In this document: one piece after another, positions 1 to 14,006 of the stretch
Layout: each line of letters starts with the position of its first letter
How positions within the stretch are numbered: position 1 is the first letter of the stretch
Assembly: GCF_018977255.1 (NCBI RefSeq)
Contig: NW_024704742.1
Coordinates: forward strand, 108,316,001-108,380,000
Length of the DNA stretch: 64,000 nucleotides
Direction of reading: 5' to 3'
DNA from: Callorhinchus milii
Taxonomy: Eukaryota
Notes under the pieces: model-generated
Told to the model about the DNA's origin: nothing
The model's database searches: none
The model's input: only the letters and a program-made list of their open reading frames with translations
Program-made: the position numbers and the translations under genes

Positions 1-399
1 ATTTAGATTTCTACTACACATCTCTTATTAGAGAACAGAACCCCATTTCTGAATGTTAAAAAGTTAGATTCATTTTAGGTTCTTCATCAAGTAAATCCAG
101 AAATCTAGTACAGTATGTGGTAATGGCAAAGTAAACAGAGGATGTTTTTCAGGTAAAAATAAAAAAAACTCCTTAGCTCATACTTTATTTTATCAGTTTT
201 TGCACAATACCTTTTGAAATATGGTCATCCTTTGTGTTGCTTGTCTACAGTAAGAGACAAGCAACAGAATAAATATTAACTTTAATAAAATATGATATTT
301 TGAATGTGTTATGGGCCACTGAATGAAGAGACTAAATTTAGATCAGGGATTTTTTTTACAAAAATCTTCCCTCTTCCCACAGAATCACCCAGTGAGCAC

Positions 400-620
400 T
401 TGGTCAATAAAGACTCGAACTTTGCAGATTTTAACTCCAGTTAATGCTAAATTGATTTCAGTTGGATTGCTGTTTGGGCAACCTTGGGTAAGAGGGAAAA
501 AAAGTATCAACCATGGTTCATGCTCTTGATCTACATCCAGAGACCCCTAGAGGAAGTTGTGTGGATACAGGCATGCAAGAAAACAGGATGGAACTATGGT
601 AACCTGCTGACCATGAAATA
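400..620 (+). mobile_element. LF-SINE-like ancient SINE relic
   Basis: GGTTCATGCTCTTGATCTACATCCAGAGACCCCTAGAGGAAG resembles the recalled LF-SINE core GGTTCCCGCTCCTGATCGCTATCCAGTGACCCCTGCTGGAAAG. Confidence 0.5.
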
Positions 621-1399
621 ATGAATTTCACTAAAATGTATATTACTGGAACCAGTTATTTTGCAATCATGACTTAGCAGTTTTCTATGCAATTTTGATA
701 TCTTTAAATGGGCAAAAATACTTGTGTGAAAACAAATGCTTTATGTTTCAAATCTCTTTAGTGTTCAACTCCACAGGATTGGATCTAATAAGGCAAATCA
801 TAATCACACTGCAGTGCAACAAAATTAAAATGCCACCTCTGTAAAACATGTTAGATGACAATCCATCAGAAATGATCAGGTGATTAAGTGCATACTCCAA
901 AATAAGCGACAGAGATCCAGCAAAATTTGCAGAAGCAACATAACTGAGCCTTCAATAAAGATGTCTCACAATCAGCAGAGCAGGGTTTCATTTTCCATCC
1001 TCCTGGATAAACAGTACCTCTTAAGTTCACAAAGTTCTTACTTGCCGACACTAAAACATCTCAGTTATGCTGCACACCTGTACAAACCACACATTTACAC
1101 TTATCCCTTTGTAATTCAGCTGAATCACAGTAAATGGATAACTGCAATGTTTTGCCAAGGCGTGTCACTGCATGCTAGGATCAGGAATAGGATTACACTT
1201 GGATCAATATATAATAAAAGAATAAGTCCAGATACATCTGCTATAGATCATGAAACACTGCTGAATGTTTGACACTGGCAAAATGCTAAAATAACAATAA
1301 AAATATACCTTTAAAAGAAAGATTTGGAAAAGATGTCTAAGATGGAAATGAATAAGAATGTTTTAGAGTGGTGGAGCATGTTTGTAGTTTAACTCATTG

Positions 1400-1954
1400 A
1401 GCTATCCTCCTTTGGGTGGGGGCGCGGGAGGCTAAGCAGGGTCTCCTTGGAGCTGAATTGGCACCAAGGTGACATGCCTGGGAATGGAATATCGGAATTG
1501 AGCCAGCCCTCGTGGCAGTCTCATTAGTCCGATTCTTGAGCCAGGCGGGTCCACAGTACTTCAGGGCACTGCTGAAGACAGCACAACCAGCTTGGCACGT
1601 TGGCAGGACTTGAAAGGGCAGACCAGGCACTGGAGGGCAGGGAATCATCCCACTCAGTTCCTGCTAACCCCACAAGCCATAGCCTTAATGGGTAGAATTG
1701 TCCTGTGAGAAAGCTTGCCAGACAGTGATATCAATGGCAAGCTATGCGGTTTTAGCCCGGTTAGACTCCAGCAATACGCAACCACAGTCTGGGGTCCCCA
1801 AGCCTTGGCTCTTGACAACCTGCACCTAATACTTTCCAGAATTAGGAAAGCAACGTCCCTCCAGGGAGAGAGTGCACATTCCATTCTAACAATATATCTC
1901 TAGGATTTCCATGTGTAGGTGGAATGCATAGAATTCTCAGCTTGGTTTGGATAC
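1400..1954 (+). repeat. Unclassified dispersed repeat, copy A (continues at 3822-3870 after an L2 insertion)
   Basis: Colinear similarity to the reverse complement of 20750-21640 and to 24100-24232. Confidence 0.7.
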
Positions 1955-3821
1955 CAAATGTCAAGGCCATCACACATGACCTTGACAATTCCAACCTGTC
2001 CATCACGGACAAGGCCATCTTGGACCACTTCCTCACCTCCCACTACTCCCGCATCGCCCTCCCATCTTCCAAGCGCTCCAACCTTTTTTTTTGCCCCTGG
2101 AAAAAGCTTTGCCCTGAGTCCCTCACAAATGCTCTCTCTTCTGTGAACGTTCTCTCCCTCTGGCCCTCCACCCGCAGTGATCCTGATGCAGCCGTCAAGC
2201 TGCTGAATGACCATCTCTCCACAACCTTTAATTCCCTGGCTCCCCTGAAATCCAGGTTTGTTTCCAAATCCACCCGCTCCCCCTGGTACAACAGTCACCT
2301 CCGCTCACTTAAACCCGGATGCTCGAGCGCAGATGGCAGAAATACAGCCTCACAATTCACCGTCAGCTGTGGCCTGAGCACCTCTGCACCTACCGTCTCT
2401 CCCTTTCTTAAGCTAAAACTGACATTTACTCCAAAGTCATCCTGGAGGCAAACAACAATCCAAAGACAATGTTTTCCACCGTCCACCACCTCTTCCATGC
2501 ACCCCTTCAAGCCCCCTCTATCCTCACATCAAACGCAAAGTACGAAGAGGTCCTCGGCTTCTCCGCCTCAAAGATTAAATACATCCACTTGGCTGCATCA
2601 CCCTCCCCACCCCCATGTCTCCTTCCACCTCACCCAGACCATCCACACTGCCTTCTCCCTCTGCCTTGGCTCCTGCCACTCCCCCTTCCATACACTCCTT
2701 TGGCCCCATTTCTCCCTCCTCCCTCTCAACTACAATCACCCACCTGCTGCCTCGATCCCCTCCCCACCCAGCTGCTGGTCACCCAACTCCCCCTCCTCTT
2801 CCCCCTGCTGGCCAATAAGGTGAACCAGTCTCTCTCCTCGAGCCCCTGCAGTCGAGTTTTCGCCTTGCCCACAGCAAAGTGACAGAGCTTGTCAAAGTCA
2901 CAAACGACGTCCTCTCTCCCTCTGCCTCCTCATCCTCCTGAATCTCTATGCCGTGTTTGACACAGTCGATCACGGCATCGACATCCACTGCCTCTCCTCC
3001 CTCATCCACCTTAGTGGGACCGCACCGGTATGGTTCAACTCCTACCGAAACAACCGCCTCCATTTCATCTCAGTAACTGCTTTCTTCACTTTTGCTGATC
3101 TAAACTCAACTCCCTGGGCTCTTCCTCAGACTCACCGAACTAGTGCGCAATCTAGGCATCCAGCTGTCCTTCCTCCCCCACATCCAGTCCCTGACCAGGA
3201 TAGCCTTCCTCCACCCCCACCACATTGCCCGCCTCCGACCATACCTTACCCCAAATGCAGCCGAAACACTCATCCATGCATTTGTCACCTCCTGCCTGGA
3301 TTATTTAAACACACTCCTCGCCGGTCTCCCCAGCTCCACTATTCAAAAAATACAGAACATTTAGAACTCTGCTGCCCCCATACTTACCCAGACCAAACTC
3401 CATACCCCATCTCACCAGTTCTGGCCATGCTCCACTGGCTCCCCATCACTGAACAGATTGAATTCAAGAACCTCGCACTTCCCTATCTCTCCGACCTCCT
3501 CACTCCCCAATTCACAACCCAGCTCCTCCGCTCAACTGGCACTGGCCTCTTGCTTGTCCTTCGCATCCTCCACTTCACCATTGGAGGTCGTGCTTTCAGC
3601 CATTACGTCCTGAAACTTTGGAGCACTCTCCCTCAATCCCTCCGCGTTGCCCCCCTTCTCCCCTTTTTCAACTCCCGCCTTAAAACCTTCCTTTTCAACC
3701 ATGCTTAAGGTCACCTCCCCCACCACCCCCCGGCGTAGAATCAGGCTCCGCCAAAGCTAAGCGCTCTGGGCCGTTGCCCTGTGTGGAGGGCGTTATATAA
3801 GTGCAAGTAGTTGTTGTTGTT
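1955..3821 (+). mobile_element. L2-clade LINE, 5'-truncated and decayed
   Basis: Broken ORF2 peptides (DKAILDHF, FDTVDHGI, AETLIHAFVTSCLDY, LHWLPI, GGRAFS); (TGT)n tail; GATAC flanks both ends. Confidence 0.92.
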
Positions 3822-4299
3822 GATACTCTTAAGCATGGTGATGGGTTTCCAAACGTATCAGACACTCAGCTGACCAAAAAACTCATTGAGGAACTAAATG
3901 GTAGTAGATGATCACCTCTGTGCTTCCATATATGGGGATGTTCTAATCTGACCATGTCATCACAAAGAAGTGCAAGGCTGAGGCTGAAAGGATGGAGCAA
4001 AAAATTGGATAGCAAACCATCCCAATCTGAAGTCAAATACTTCCAAAAGCAAACTATTGATTGTATTGGCAGAGCTTGGGAGCAGGACACCAGTCTATAT
4101 TCATCCATTCACAAGCGCCTGGAGGCTACCAATCACCTCAGTGTTGCGCTAATTGGGCCCCTTCTGATCTAATGGGAATGGCAAGAGGAGGGAGGAAGCC
4201 CCACCCTCCTAGGCTGGGAGGGAAAGTACTGAACTGTATTTTGCAGCCGACCAAAGGTAAATGTATTTTACTGAATACTGTCAGACTATTTTAGCTTTA

Positions 4300-4465
4300 C
4301 CTAATTGGTTAACATTGCTTCAAGTGAAACATTATTACATATTATTACAGCATCGGCGACGCTCCTCTGCTGGGCAGGAATGGTATTTCGGCTAACCTCG
4401 GACACCTTTCTAGTCAGACAAAATGTCTGGCCCCGATGCGTCCAGCTTAACCGGCTTCCACTGTA
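4300..4465. mobile_element. Tigger/pogo-like DNA transposon fragment
   Basis: Ends in ACCGGCTTCCACTG-TA (TIR plus TA); body similar to 37040-37155. Confidence 0.55.
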
Positions 4466-5951
4466 TATTTCTGTAGCTTAGTGGTTAGAGCACTCGATGA
4501 TGGCCCATTCTATTCCCAGTTTCTCTACTCCCATGTGGATGGAGTGAGAGAATCAAAATTCCATTCCATTATTTTATGGCACAACACATTACTGCACCCC
4601 GATTACTATCTAGCCCTCTTGATTTTAACAGTGACATTTCACTGAAACCTAGTGCTTTTTCCCAAACGTTCATTCATGGATTTGAATGTTTATTGCCAGT
4701 AACATCTGGTTTTATAACATGCACCATTGACCATGCCTTTATAGGAAACTTTATATTTATACACCTGCATATACAAACCTTATAATCTCTATTGTTTATA
4801 GTTATCAAATGAATGTATTTGCAAAACGTAATAGAGTTCTAGAATTTTACTATAAACATCCAAATTGTTTTTATAAATCTTGAGGCCAGAGGATGTTTTC
4901 CTTCCTCTCTCCCAACCTAAATCGAAACAGCCACTCAAATGTATCAGGATGAAAAATTTGACCTGACACTTGGGTCAGAGATCATTCCTGTGGTGAAGCA
5001 AGATCAAGTATGTACTGTCAAACTTCTTGATATTAGATTTTGAAAATTTTGAAGATTTCCGATTCTGCAAATCGGAGGATAGGCAGAGCTGGGTCCAGAG
5101 AATATTTTTCAACAAAAGGCCAACTTGAGACTCTCAAAGCAATTCACATGATATGGTGTCAACTGGATTGACTGTGTATTTTGTGGATGTTAGCAATTCT
5201 CCAGCAATGCCAAAATGTTTATTTGTGTGTTACCCTAAGTCCTGAAAATATTCTTGATCATCCATTCATGCTGATCAACCACTGAAAAACTTAATGAATC
5301 AATTATTGCATTGTTCACCCTGCGTAGATGCTAAACCAAGTGCCATCATGTGGTTCAACCACATCCGTTGGGATTACTGGCATGTCATAGAATAGGGATG
5401 CAACAAGGCAGACCGGATCAGCACAAGAGGATCTGTACTGACAATATAACTCCCTGTGCCAACTGAATTTATTTTACACACATAATTTTGGGACAGCATG
5501 TCCCAAGTCTCCACTGGGGCCATTGACAACAATCTTGACTGATACCAGATCAGAGAGAGTCTGCCGATGTAGGCACAACATGGACTAATCAATGCCATTT
5601 GTTAAGAGCTCTTCAATTTGGACAGGTAAATGGAGTCAGATATGCTCTCAACTTCTTGAAGCAAGGAGTTTTGGATGTTGAGACTTTAGCACAAATGTTT
5701 TGAACCAACTTGCATCCAGAGGACAGCCAGCGCTGTACGCGGGGGAGAATTTTCTCTACAATTTTTGGTGCAATACTGCAGAGAATTACAAGAAGTCTGT
5801 ACACATACACCAGACTGTACATCTCATTTAGATTGTAGGCAGCAGATATACTCCACTTAAGCATCTGCTGTTTATTCTGATGTTATTAACCTTGCATCAG
5901 CAGCAAATGGTATGTATATTATATGATATTAAAACCAGTTTTAATCCAGTT

Positions 5952-6263
5952 GTGGAGTCCTGTAGCTCAGTGGTTAGAGCACCTGCCTTGCAAGCAAGAG
6001 AAATGGGTTCAATTCCTGGCAGGGCGAAACCTTGGGCAAGTTTCCTTACTCCACACACCTAATAATAATCCCTCAAGAAAAAACCCAATAATAAATTGGT
6101 CACTTCAATCCACAACTGTGTGTGGGACACTGCTGTGCGCAATTGGCTGCAGCGTTTTGCCCACAAATGTACAGTCAATTAACTTTACAGTATATTCTGT
6201 GAAGCTCTTTGAGACATCCAGAAGACGTGGAAAGCCGCTGTATCAAAAATGCAAAGATTATAA
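5952..6263 (+). mobile_element. tRNA-derived SINE with L2-like tail (short subfamily)
   Basis: A box TAGCTCAGTGG, B box GGTTCAATTCC, body GTGGGACACTGCTGTGCGCAATTGGCTGC; many copies in the window. Confidence 0.9.
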
Positions 6264-6314
6264 TCCAATCAGAAACTTTCCATTGCTTTCGATGACCTTT
6301 AATCTGTTTTAATA

Positions 6315-6720
6315 GAAATTCTGATGTGGACCTTTATCAAGCACCATTTGAAAATCCAAGTAAATAACTTGATAATTCTCACCCACTATCTTAAAGGATT
6401 TCAGTACATTTGCGAAGGCATGCCCAGTTACTTTTTAATCCATGTTGAGTACTTTTTATAGCATTTTTCTCCTTACAAATGTAATCTTGTTGTTGTTGGT
6501 AAATGACCATTGATAGCACTGTGTGCAAAGTCCTTAAAGTTTTTCTCCACTAATGATAGTCAGGCTAACTGCTCTACAATGTTCAGGCTCAAAATTACAA
6601 GATAAAGCTTGTTATCCTCCAGGCCTTAGGTACAAGCTCGGGTGTTTACAGAGTTCCCAAAAATATTAACCAGATTTTCACCTATTTCCCCTCATGCTTC
6701 CTTAAGGCCTCGCTAGTTTA
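6315..6720 (-). mobile_element. CR1 LINE RT fragment, old
   Basis: Similar to the RT region of the CR1 copy at 59300-59700. Confidence 0.6.
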
Positions 6721-9700
6721 CCATAGTAAAATATCTACATCATTTGTATTATGGACAAGTACAGGCTCAGATTTTCGTCAGTCAATTTAAAAACATTCTT
6801 TCCTATAAAGTTTGTAGTCTCCTTTGTTATTTATGAAAGTGAACATACACACTATTTATCCCAGCAGGATGGCTTCCTGACATGACACATACAGTGCCAA
6901 AATAAGGGTCTTAATTAGTAAGCAGTTCCGGTCTAACAGTCAGGGCCTTGACCCTTAAACAGAATAATGAGCCAGGCAATGTTTGGTGCCTCAAACTGCA
7001 GCTTTCGAGAACAAGGAGGGTGCTGATTGCTGATTTAGACGTGTTAAGCGGGAGGGATGCAGGTGACCGAGCTGTGAACTGTACACTTGGCATTGTGCAG
7101 TGAATTGTTTAGTGCAAACCAAGGATTGTCTGACCTCAAGATCTGTCTCTTTTTGTGCAGGATTTGGACGAGGGAAGCTGAATCGACAGCTATAGTTACA
7201 AAGCTGACATTTCCACATCAGTAGATATTCTTAGCAAAACAACATTTTGAACAAGAAATTTGCCCCTGAAACCCTAAATTGATAAAATTACAGAGTTCTC
7301 AATGTTGATCAGCAAAAAAAACACATCAACAGATGCTGCAAACACAAAACAAACAGTTTTCTCTAATTCCATAACATTTAGTTACTTTTTTAAAATGTTT
7401 CCAAAAACCTACATACAAGTTCAGTAATTGATATCCTATCATTAAGACTACATGATTATAGAATATATTCTTATAAATCAACTAAGGTTTCCAACAGACA
7501 TTGCATGCTTGCAATAAGTTACAGAGAAAGGTCATTGAGTTGTTAGTTATTACACCCAAGTGTCATACCTACACAGTAATTTGCACTGCATGTTTTTTAA
7601 GCTCCTAGGCATGTCAATTTGTGCTGAAAAAAGCAATACTTTCATGTAGTACCAGTAGTTTTGATACACTGTAAAAGACATTTAAAAATAACTGAAAATA
7701 CATCTGGAAAATTGCTATGTTGTGTTATTTCAAAACGAAAGGAATTGAAATGTACACAAAACAAACTGGACTGAGCCCACACTCTTTTGGGGAAACGTTT
7801 ACACTGCGGTGAATGCTGAAGAACATCCTGTCTAGCCTCTATGGTTACTTCGGATAAATACAGAGTTCAACTTGATGAAGTGGTTTTATTGGTGCCAAAC
7901 ATCAAAACATATCTTGCACAGGTGCTGTTCTTCAGTGCATAACAGAATCTTGTCCAAAACCAAATTTTTATTCACCACATTTACATGATTTAAAATTTAT
8001 TTTAATTATGCAGGACCTTACCACAGTCATCCATTGGTCTTAGACCAAATCTGGCATTCAAGGCTTTAAATCCCTACAATTTGTTTATATGAGTAACATA
8101 TTGAACCTGTATTTGGGGATTCAGTCTCTAACAATACACATTTTGGTAATGAAAGAAATCCGAGCCATATAAATTGGAGGTGCTTAGGATTCAGGTAAAA
8201 ATGTAATAAGGCTGAAGTGCATCAACACTTGGATTTCTTCACAAAGTTTTATTCCTTTAGTTACCTCTGTTTCTCTGAATGAAACATTCTCAGTAAAGAT
8301 GATTCCAGACAACAATCTCAAAAATGGTACCCATAAATGCTGAATAACTAATTTCAGATTACATTGAAGTCTACCTCTCAAGCAGAACTCTTTCACAGAA
8401 AACCTGCAAGCTTAAGTTGCAGATTCAAGCCCCAATGGGATGTCATGTTATGAGACAAAATAAATAAAGTGAACTCCTAGAAGTGATTTTCCATAATATT
8501 TATATATTTTTTAAATAAATGTATATAAAACACACCATTGCCCAATAAAAAGCGGTTTAAATTTATGATATATATTGGTACTTAAACAAATAATATTATG
8601 ATATAATATATCATATTATGATATAATATTATCATATTATTGGAGTAGGATACACTACATAGACTGTACTACATACTAATGAACAATTATTCTTAATGCA
8701 TGAATCTGCAGATGAGTTCACTTGCCTAGGCACATCTTTCTGTTGGGGCTGCCAACATCCTTGCTTGTTGATGCAACCACTTCTGCCTGTCCTAGATATT
8801 TGCTTACATTTCTGGTTTGGTTGCTTCTACTGTATTTTGAAACTAGATCAAAACTATAACTCACTTAAAAATGTTTCTCTTTAGGCATGCTCTCTTTTCT
8901 GTGCTGCTGCACTTAGTTATCCTTCATGTAAATAATAGGACACCAGAGGTGTTAAAAACTGCTGATAGACTCCTGTTCAGAATTGGAATTTCTGGCTTTG
9001 AGTTTAAAAAGAAGCCTAAGGGCATACTCGAATCAAGTTCCAAAAGGGCCAAAAGTGAGAGAAAATGTTTTTGAAAGAGAAAATCAAAATTGTTGAATAC
9101 ATGAATAGGTGTCAGCATTTTGAGACCTTCTTCCAATGTGAAAGGTGCTATATAAATGCAAATGAACCACACGCTGAATATTTATCAAGTTTGTGGAACA
9201 GGTATAAGTGGCTAAAGGCACAGGGGTTAGAATGGAGAAGATGAAGTCATCTTTCAACTGTCCGCTGGCAGCTAGCGGGAACGTAGCTAACGTAAGCTGA
9301 AATCCTACAAGCCAGCAATCAAAATCCTGAATCCACAAACAATGCCCAACTTGTCTTCAGGAAGTCGCCATTGAGAATGATCGTGTGTGCACGGGTGGGG
9401 GGGCGGAGGATTGCCTCCAGTACATTCAAATAATTCAATTTCATAGTTCACTTACAGCACAGAATCCAGCCATTTCGTCCAACAAGTTTGCACCCAATGT
9501 TTTTCTTAGCACCAACCAGCAAATTAATCCCAGTATCTTGCTCACTCTCCATTCCCTTTTAATATTATTATTTATCAAGCAACTATCCAATTTCTTTTTC
9601 AAAATGTAAATTTGTATTTTACTGCATTGTAAAAGAATTTCTGAACTTTGTGAACTATTGATTTCAACAACATTTTGTGGCAGAATATACCACGTTCCAA

Positions 9701-12700
9701 CCATCCTCTGCAAAGAACCCTCCTCTATTTGATATTGAAGGAATCTCAGGATTATGTTTGATCATTTAAGGAATCTTTCTATAGATTCAAAACTATGAAG
9801 GCTCAACTTACACTAAAACCACATATCATATAAAGTATGTAAACATTTTAAAATCACAGAAGCTCAAGACCATTTCCTGGTATTTGGTAAATGCTTACAT
9901 TGAATTATTTTTAGATGCTTCTGCCACCTACAGAACCTTACATGTCACAACAATACAACATTTTAGGAAACCAACATGCACATTTTGGAGATTTAGCAAT
10001 TCTGTCAATGATTTTGAAACACAGGATCAAGACAACTATAAAAATAACTGATTTGTTAAAGTGAATACAAAATTAAAGGTTTATTTAAAATTCTTAAACA
10101 TATCTAAAATTACTCAGTAATGTTTACTGAAGTTTTTGAACTAACCTAAAATTTACTTTCCATTCAACAAATGAATTAACTTCAGCTAACATTCATGAAC
10201 TTAAGAGAGCTCAACATCACAGAGCCATGTTGGCTGAGTAACCCTTCTATGTAAGGCTCATTCACTGATGGTTGACGACACTGAGTGGTGAACAAGCGAA
10301 AACCTTAAGACTGGAAGAGTGGCAGGAGTGTAAGGGTGGAAAAGATTGTGTGGGCCCCAGACCATGGAAGTATTTGAAGTCCAGGACAAGGATCATGAAT
10401 TTGATTCTCTGAGGTACTGAGGGCCAATAGAAGTTGATGAGGATGAGGGTCAATAGTGGAACCTTGTGCGGAAGAAAATACTGTTGTAGAATTCTAGTTG
10501 AGTTTAAGCGTTTATCTTTTGTATAAAGAATGAAAGCAGTCTTAAGAGAGCATAGCGCATCAGGCACAGCAAGGTAAGCAAGGAAAGAAAAAATGAAGAC
10601 ATAAATTCAAAATGTTTACTCACAACCTGCTGAGTGGCTTTGTTTTTCAGATGGCCAAAACTAGAAAGTAATACACTCTCACAAGGTGTTGAGTGAAGAT
10701 TTTCTGCTCTGAAAGAACAGAATTTTGCCAGAACTGGCCACCACAACTCTTAAACTTACCTTGGAAACAGTATTAAATGCAAAACAGTTTGTAAATTGCA
10801 AAAAAATTAAAATGTAAAATATCTTCAGTCTTTCAGATATTTTACAAAGCTCTTAACTTACTTGAACTTTAGTAACTCCTGAAAGCCCAATATTTATATT
10901 AAACATACTGGAACAGCCAAAATCCACATCAATAGTACTTGCTAAAATATTCCAAGGTAAATGACTGTCTTTATAGGTAACACATGGATGAATAGATATG
11001 TTATGAAGTAAAATTATTGGCTTATTTTAGTTATTGTACTATATTGATTTCTTTGTTTTTAAAAAATCATAAAAACTTGCAGCAAAATCATTATGCTTCA
11101 TTTGCAACAAATCTCCATCTATGAACAGCATTAAAACTAAAAAGCAAGGCACCTTTTATTAATGGAATGGAGTTAACAAATACACTATGAAATTACAGTA
11201 TTTATTCAAAATTCGCATTTGTAAAGTTGGTTTCTTTAGTAACTGTTAATTGCCATTGTCATTGTTAAACTAAAGAAGTTAGGAAACATTTTAAATATTA
11301 ATTGGTTGTCACAACATGTACTCTTCTTTCTATGTAAAATATCAGGGACAAACTTTACATGGTATCACAAATTCATAGGTCAATTCCATTTCTAAAAGAG
11401 AAAGATAAAGCAGCCTTAGATCATTGGGTCAGATGTAAGCAAACTTTTTTTTAGAACAATTATAGGTTACAAATATAACACTTCCATTAAGAATTGTGCA
11501 GAATGAGCCATTGCAGGCATTCCGTCTAAAATGTATACACCAGTGATAATGTCTCAGGCAACATGTTAATATAGCCGTCATCTGTAGTCAGTAGTTCAAT
11601 TTATGAGACTATATTGAGTGGAGTTAACCTGTAACTGGAGTGGAGTTACTGCTGACTCAGTGAAGCACCTCCATCACCACAGACGCCAAGGTGGGGGAGG
11701 AAGGAGTGACACATCAACACATTTCAGCAGCTCCTACATCAAAAGTTCTGTGCATTTTTCTCTCCACCATTTACTCAGTTTATGTGGTAAGCAGAATGAA
11801 GCCATGGCCAGAATTAAGCTGATGCAACAGCAAATCTGTTAAAGAGTTTACAATATATTGCCTCTGAATTGGTTCCAACACAAAGCTTACTCCACATTTA
11901 ATTTACATTGAGACTCAACAGTTTATTCACAGTTCAGAACATGCCATATTTATATTGTCAGTAGGAGGTCAGAATTTGCAAGATCCACTCTACCCTTTGA
12001 TTGCCAGGATAAACAGAGTATTGTATTTGATTTGCAATGCACCATTGAGTAAATGTAACTCTCCAAATCTTTTACTTACATTAAAGATTCCATATACTGT
12101 AAATCTACCAACAGGATCCAGCTGTCGTTCTGCACATTTGTAAAAAGTAGTTTAAAGAAATTAAACAGTCACTAATTGTGGGGTCTTACAAAATTTAACA
12201 ACCACTAAAGTTTAACAGAATTCCCAAGTTGCTCTCAGGAGGTTCCTTTAAGTGGCCACAATTGTATTTTAACATCTGTATTTTAAAATCATTTTAATTT
12301 ATTGTTAAAGAATAACCCTGTTGCACCCTGGAAGGCTGTGACATGTTTTAATTGGCTTCGATCAGTGATGTCAACAGAACAAGCCAGACTGCTGCCAAAG
12401 TTATGTAACAAGACTAAACAAACAGCTCACCACCTTCACACTTCATTATTCACTTTTGACAGAAAGCAGCTTTAAGGACAATTTTGAACCATGCAGTGCA
12501 CCTGGCACAATGGAAATTTGGAAAGACAACTTATAATACACAATAAAATCAACGTCAAACAGTACTGTACTGCTCAAAAACAAGCTACCTCTGAATGGGG
12601 CAAAATCATTAAATGGAACCACCCTAGCCAAAAAACTACCTTCTCCACATAACATTTTCTAACATTTAATCTAACATTTGGTCACCCACTTAATTGCCTT

Positions 12701-12932
12701 GGACACATAAGTAATAAATTAAAAGTGCATGAACTTTTTAAATACTGTGCTTTAATCATAACAATACAGTAATGTGCACAGCATGTATTGTAACCTGAAC
12801 AAAATAATAATAAATAATAATCCTTCCATTTGAAATCGCGCTTTTCACGTCTTCTAGACATCTCAAAGCACTTCACAGACTGTATATTTGTGGGCGAAAC
12901 CCGGCAGACAATTGCGAATATTGCACTATAGA

Positions 12933-13642
12933 GAGGGCAATTTTAGACTCGAAATGATGACCAAATTGGGGATTTACAGAAAAAATAATGGTTTTTGGGA
13001 TTCAGTACCTTCCTCAATGTTGGAGAAGATGTGTACTGGCCAATGACAGCAAAATCATTTCACTGGCTTGTAAGGAGGCAAGCTGGAGTGCTTCAGCTGG
13101 TCAGTCCACCAGTAGTCAAAAAGCACTGCCCTCTCTTCTGACTGCAAGCTGCTCATCAATGCTTCTGTCAGAAGTGCGGGCCAAGAGATCCCATTATGGT
13201 GGAACATGCAGCTTCTGATTTCAGAGGTGCTGTCAGTGGCAAAATGCAAAAAATATAAACTTGCTATTAGTCACCGTTTGTTCCTGCTTTATGTTTCAAA
13301 TTTGCTTGTTAAAAGCAGCCTGGGAACGACATGCTCTGCAGAAATCCCTGCAGTGACATCATGGGAATGGCGGCCGTTGGACAGTGTTTCACATTTATAA
13401 AATAACTGGAACAAAACTCGAGCTCTCATCAAATGGAGTTTTAAACAAAATGCATATCCCAGGCTGCCTGTGACCTGCATTTTTAAAGCATGAGATCATA
13501 ACTGGAGGTGACGGATAGCCAAATTGTCACAGCAAACATGAGCAGAATAACGCATTATTCAGATCTGTTTGCCACTGCAGATGGAACCATTATTGAATAT
13601 CTGATAACTACATTTTTGGCCTGAGGGGCTAAAATTGTCCCT
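12933..13642. mobile_element. Possible non-autonomous DNA transposon (Harbinger-like ends)
   Basis: Imperfect terminal inverted repeats AGGGCAATTTTAG ... CTAAAATTGTCCCT. Confidence 0.35.
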
Positions 13643-14006
13643 TTAAAGACTAGAAATTAGTACTCATAGTTTAGACTCGAACCAGGAATTATCTGGTCAG
13701 GCACAAACATAGTAATTGCAAATGGGTTTATCTGTTAAACCCAAAAGAATCTTTAAGATTATCATTAAGCTTTCTAAAATTGAAAAGGCAGTTTTTTACA
13801 GTAGTAATTCTACTTAATATTTATTGATCTTGTAATAACACACATCAGCAGAACGCTGCATCTCTCCAACAGTCAGATTCTTTACCTTGTCAATCCCAAC
13901 TTCAATTTCAAATGTAATACACTGATTACAGTGCCTGACAGAAAATCAGACCTCAGCTGATGAGGCAGTGTGATGAGAAACCAGGAATAGTTGAGCGTGC
14001 AAAACG

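Noticed and set aside
1572..1616. CTGAAGA...GAAA hammerhead-like core in repeat copy A (CTGATGA in copy B)
   Set aside because: No stem II pairing next to the boxes, and GAAA is not kept in copy B.
5954..6030. tRNA-Ala-like cloverleaf (also near 56963, 52910 and 38810)
   Set aside because: Always fused to the SINE body and tail, so these are SINE heads, not tRNA genes.
8560..8640. AT-rich TTATGATATAATAT repeats with palindromic character
   Set aside because: Short low-complexity AT tract; self-complementarity is expected by chance.
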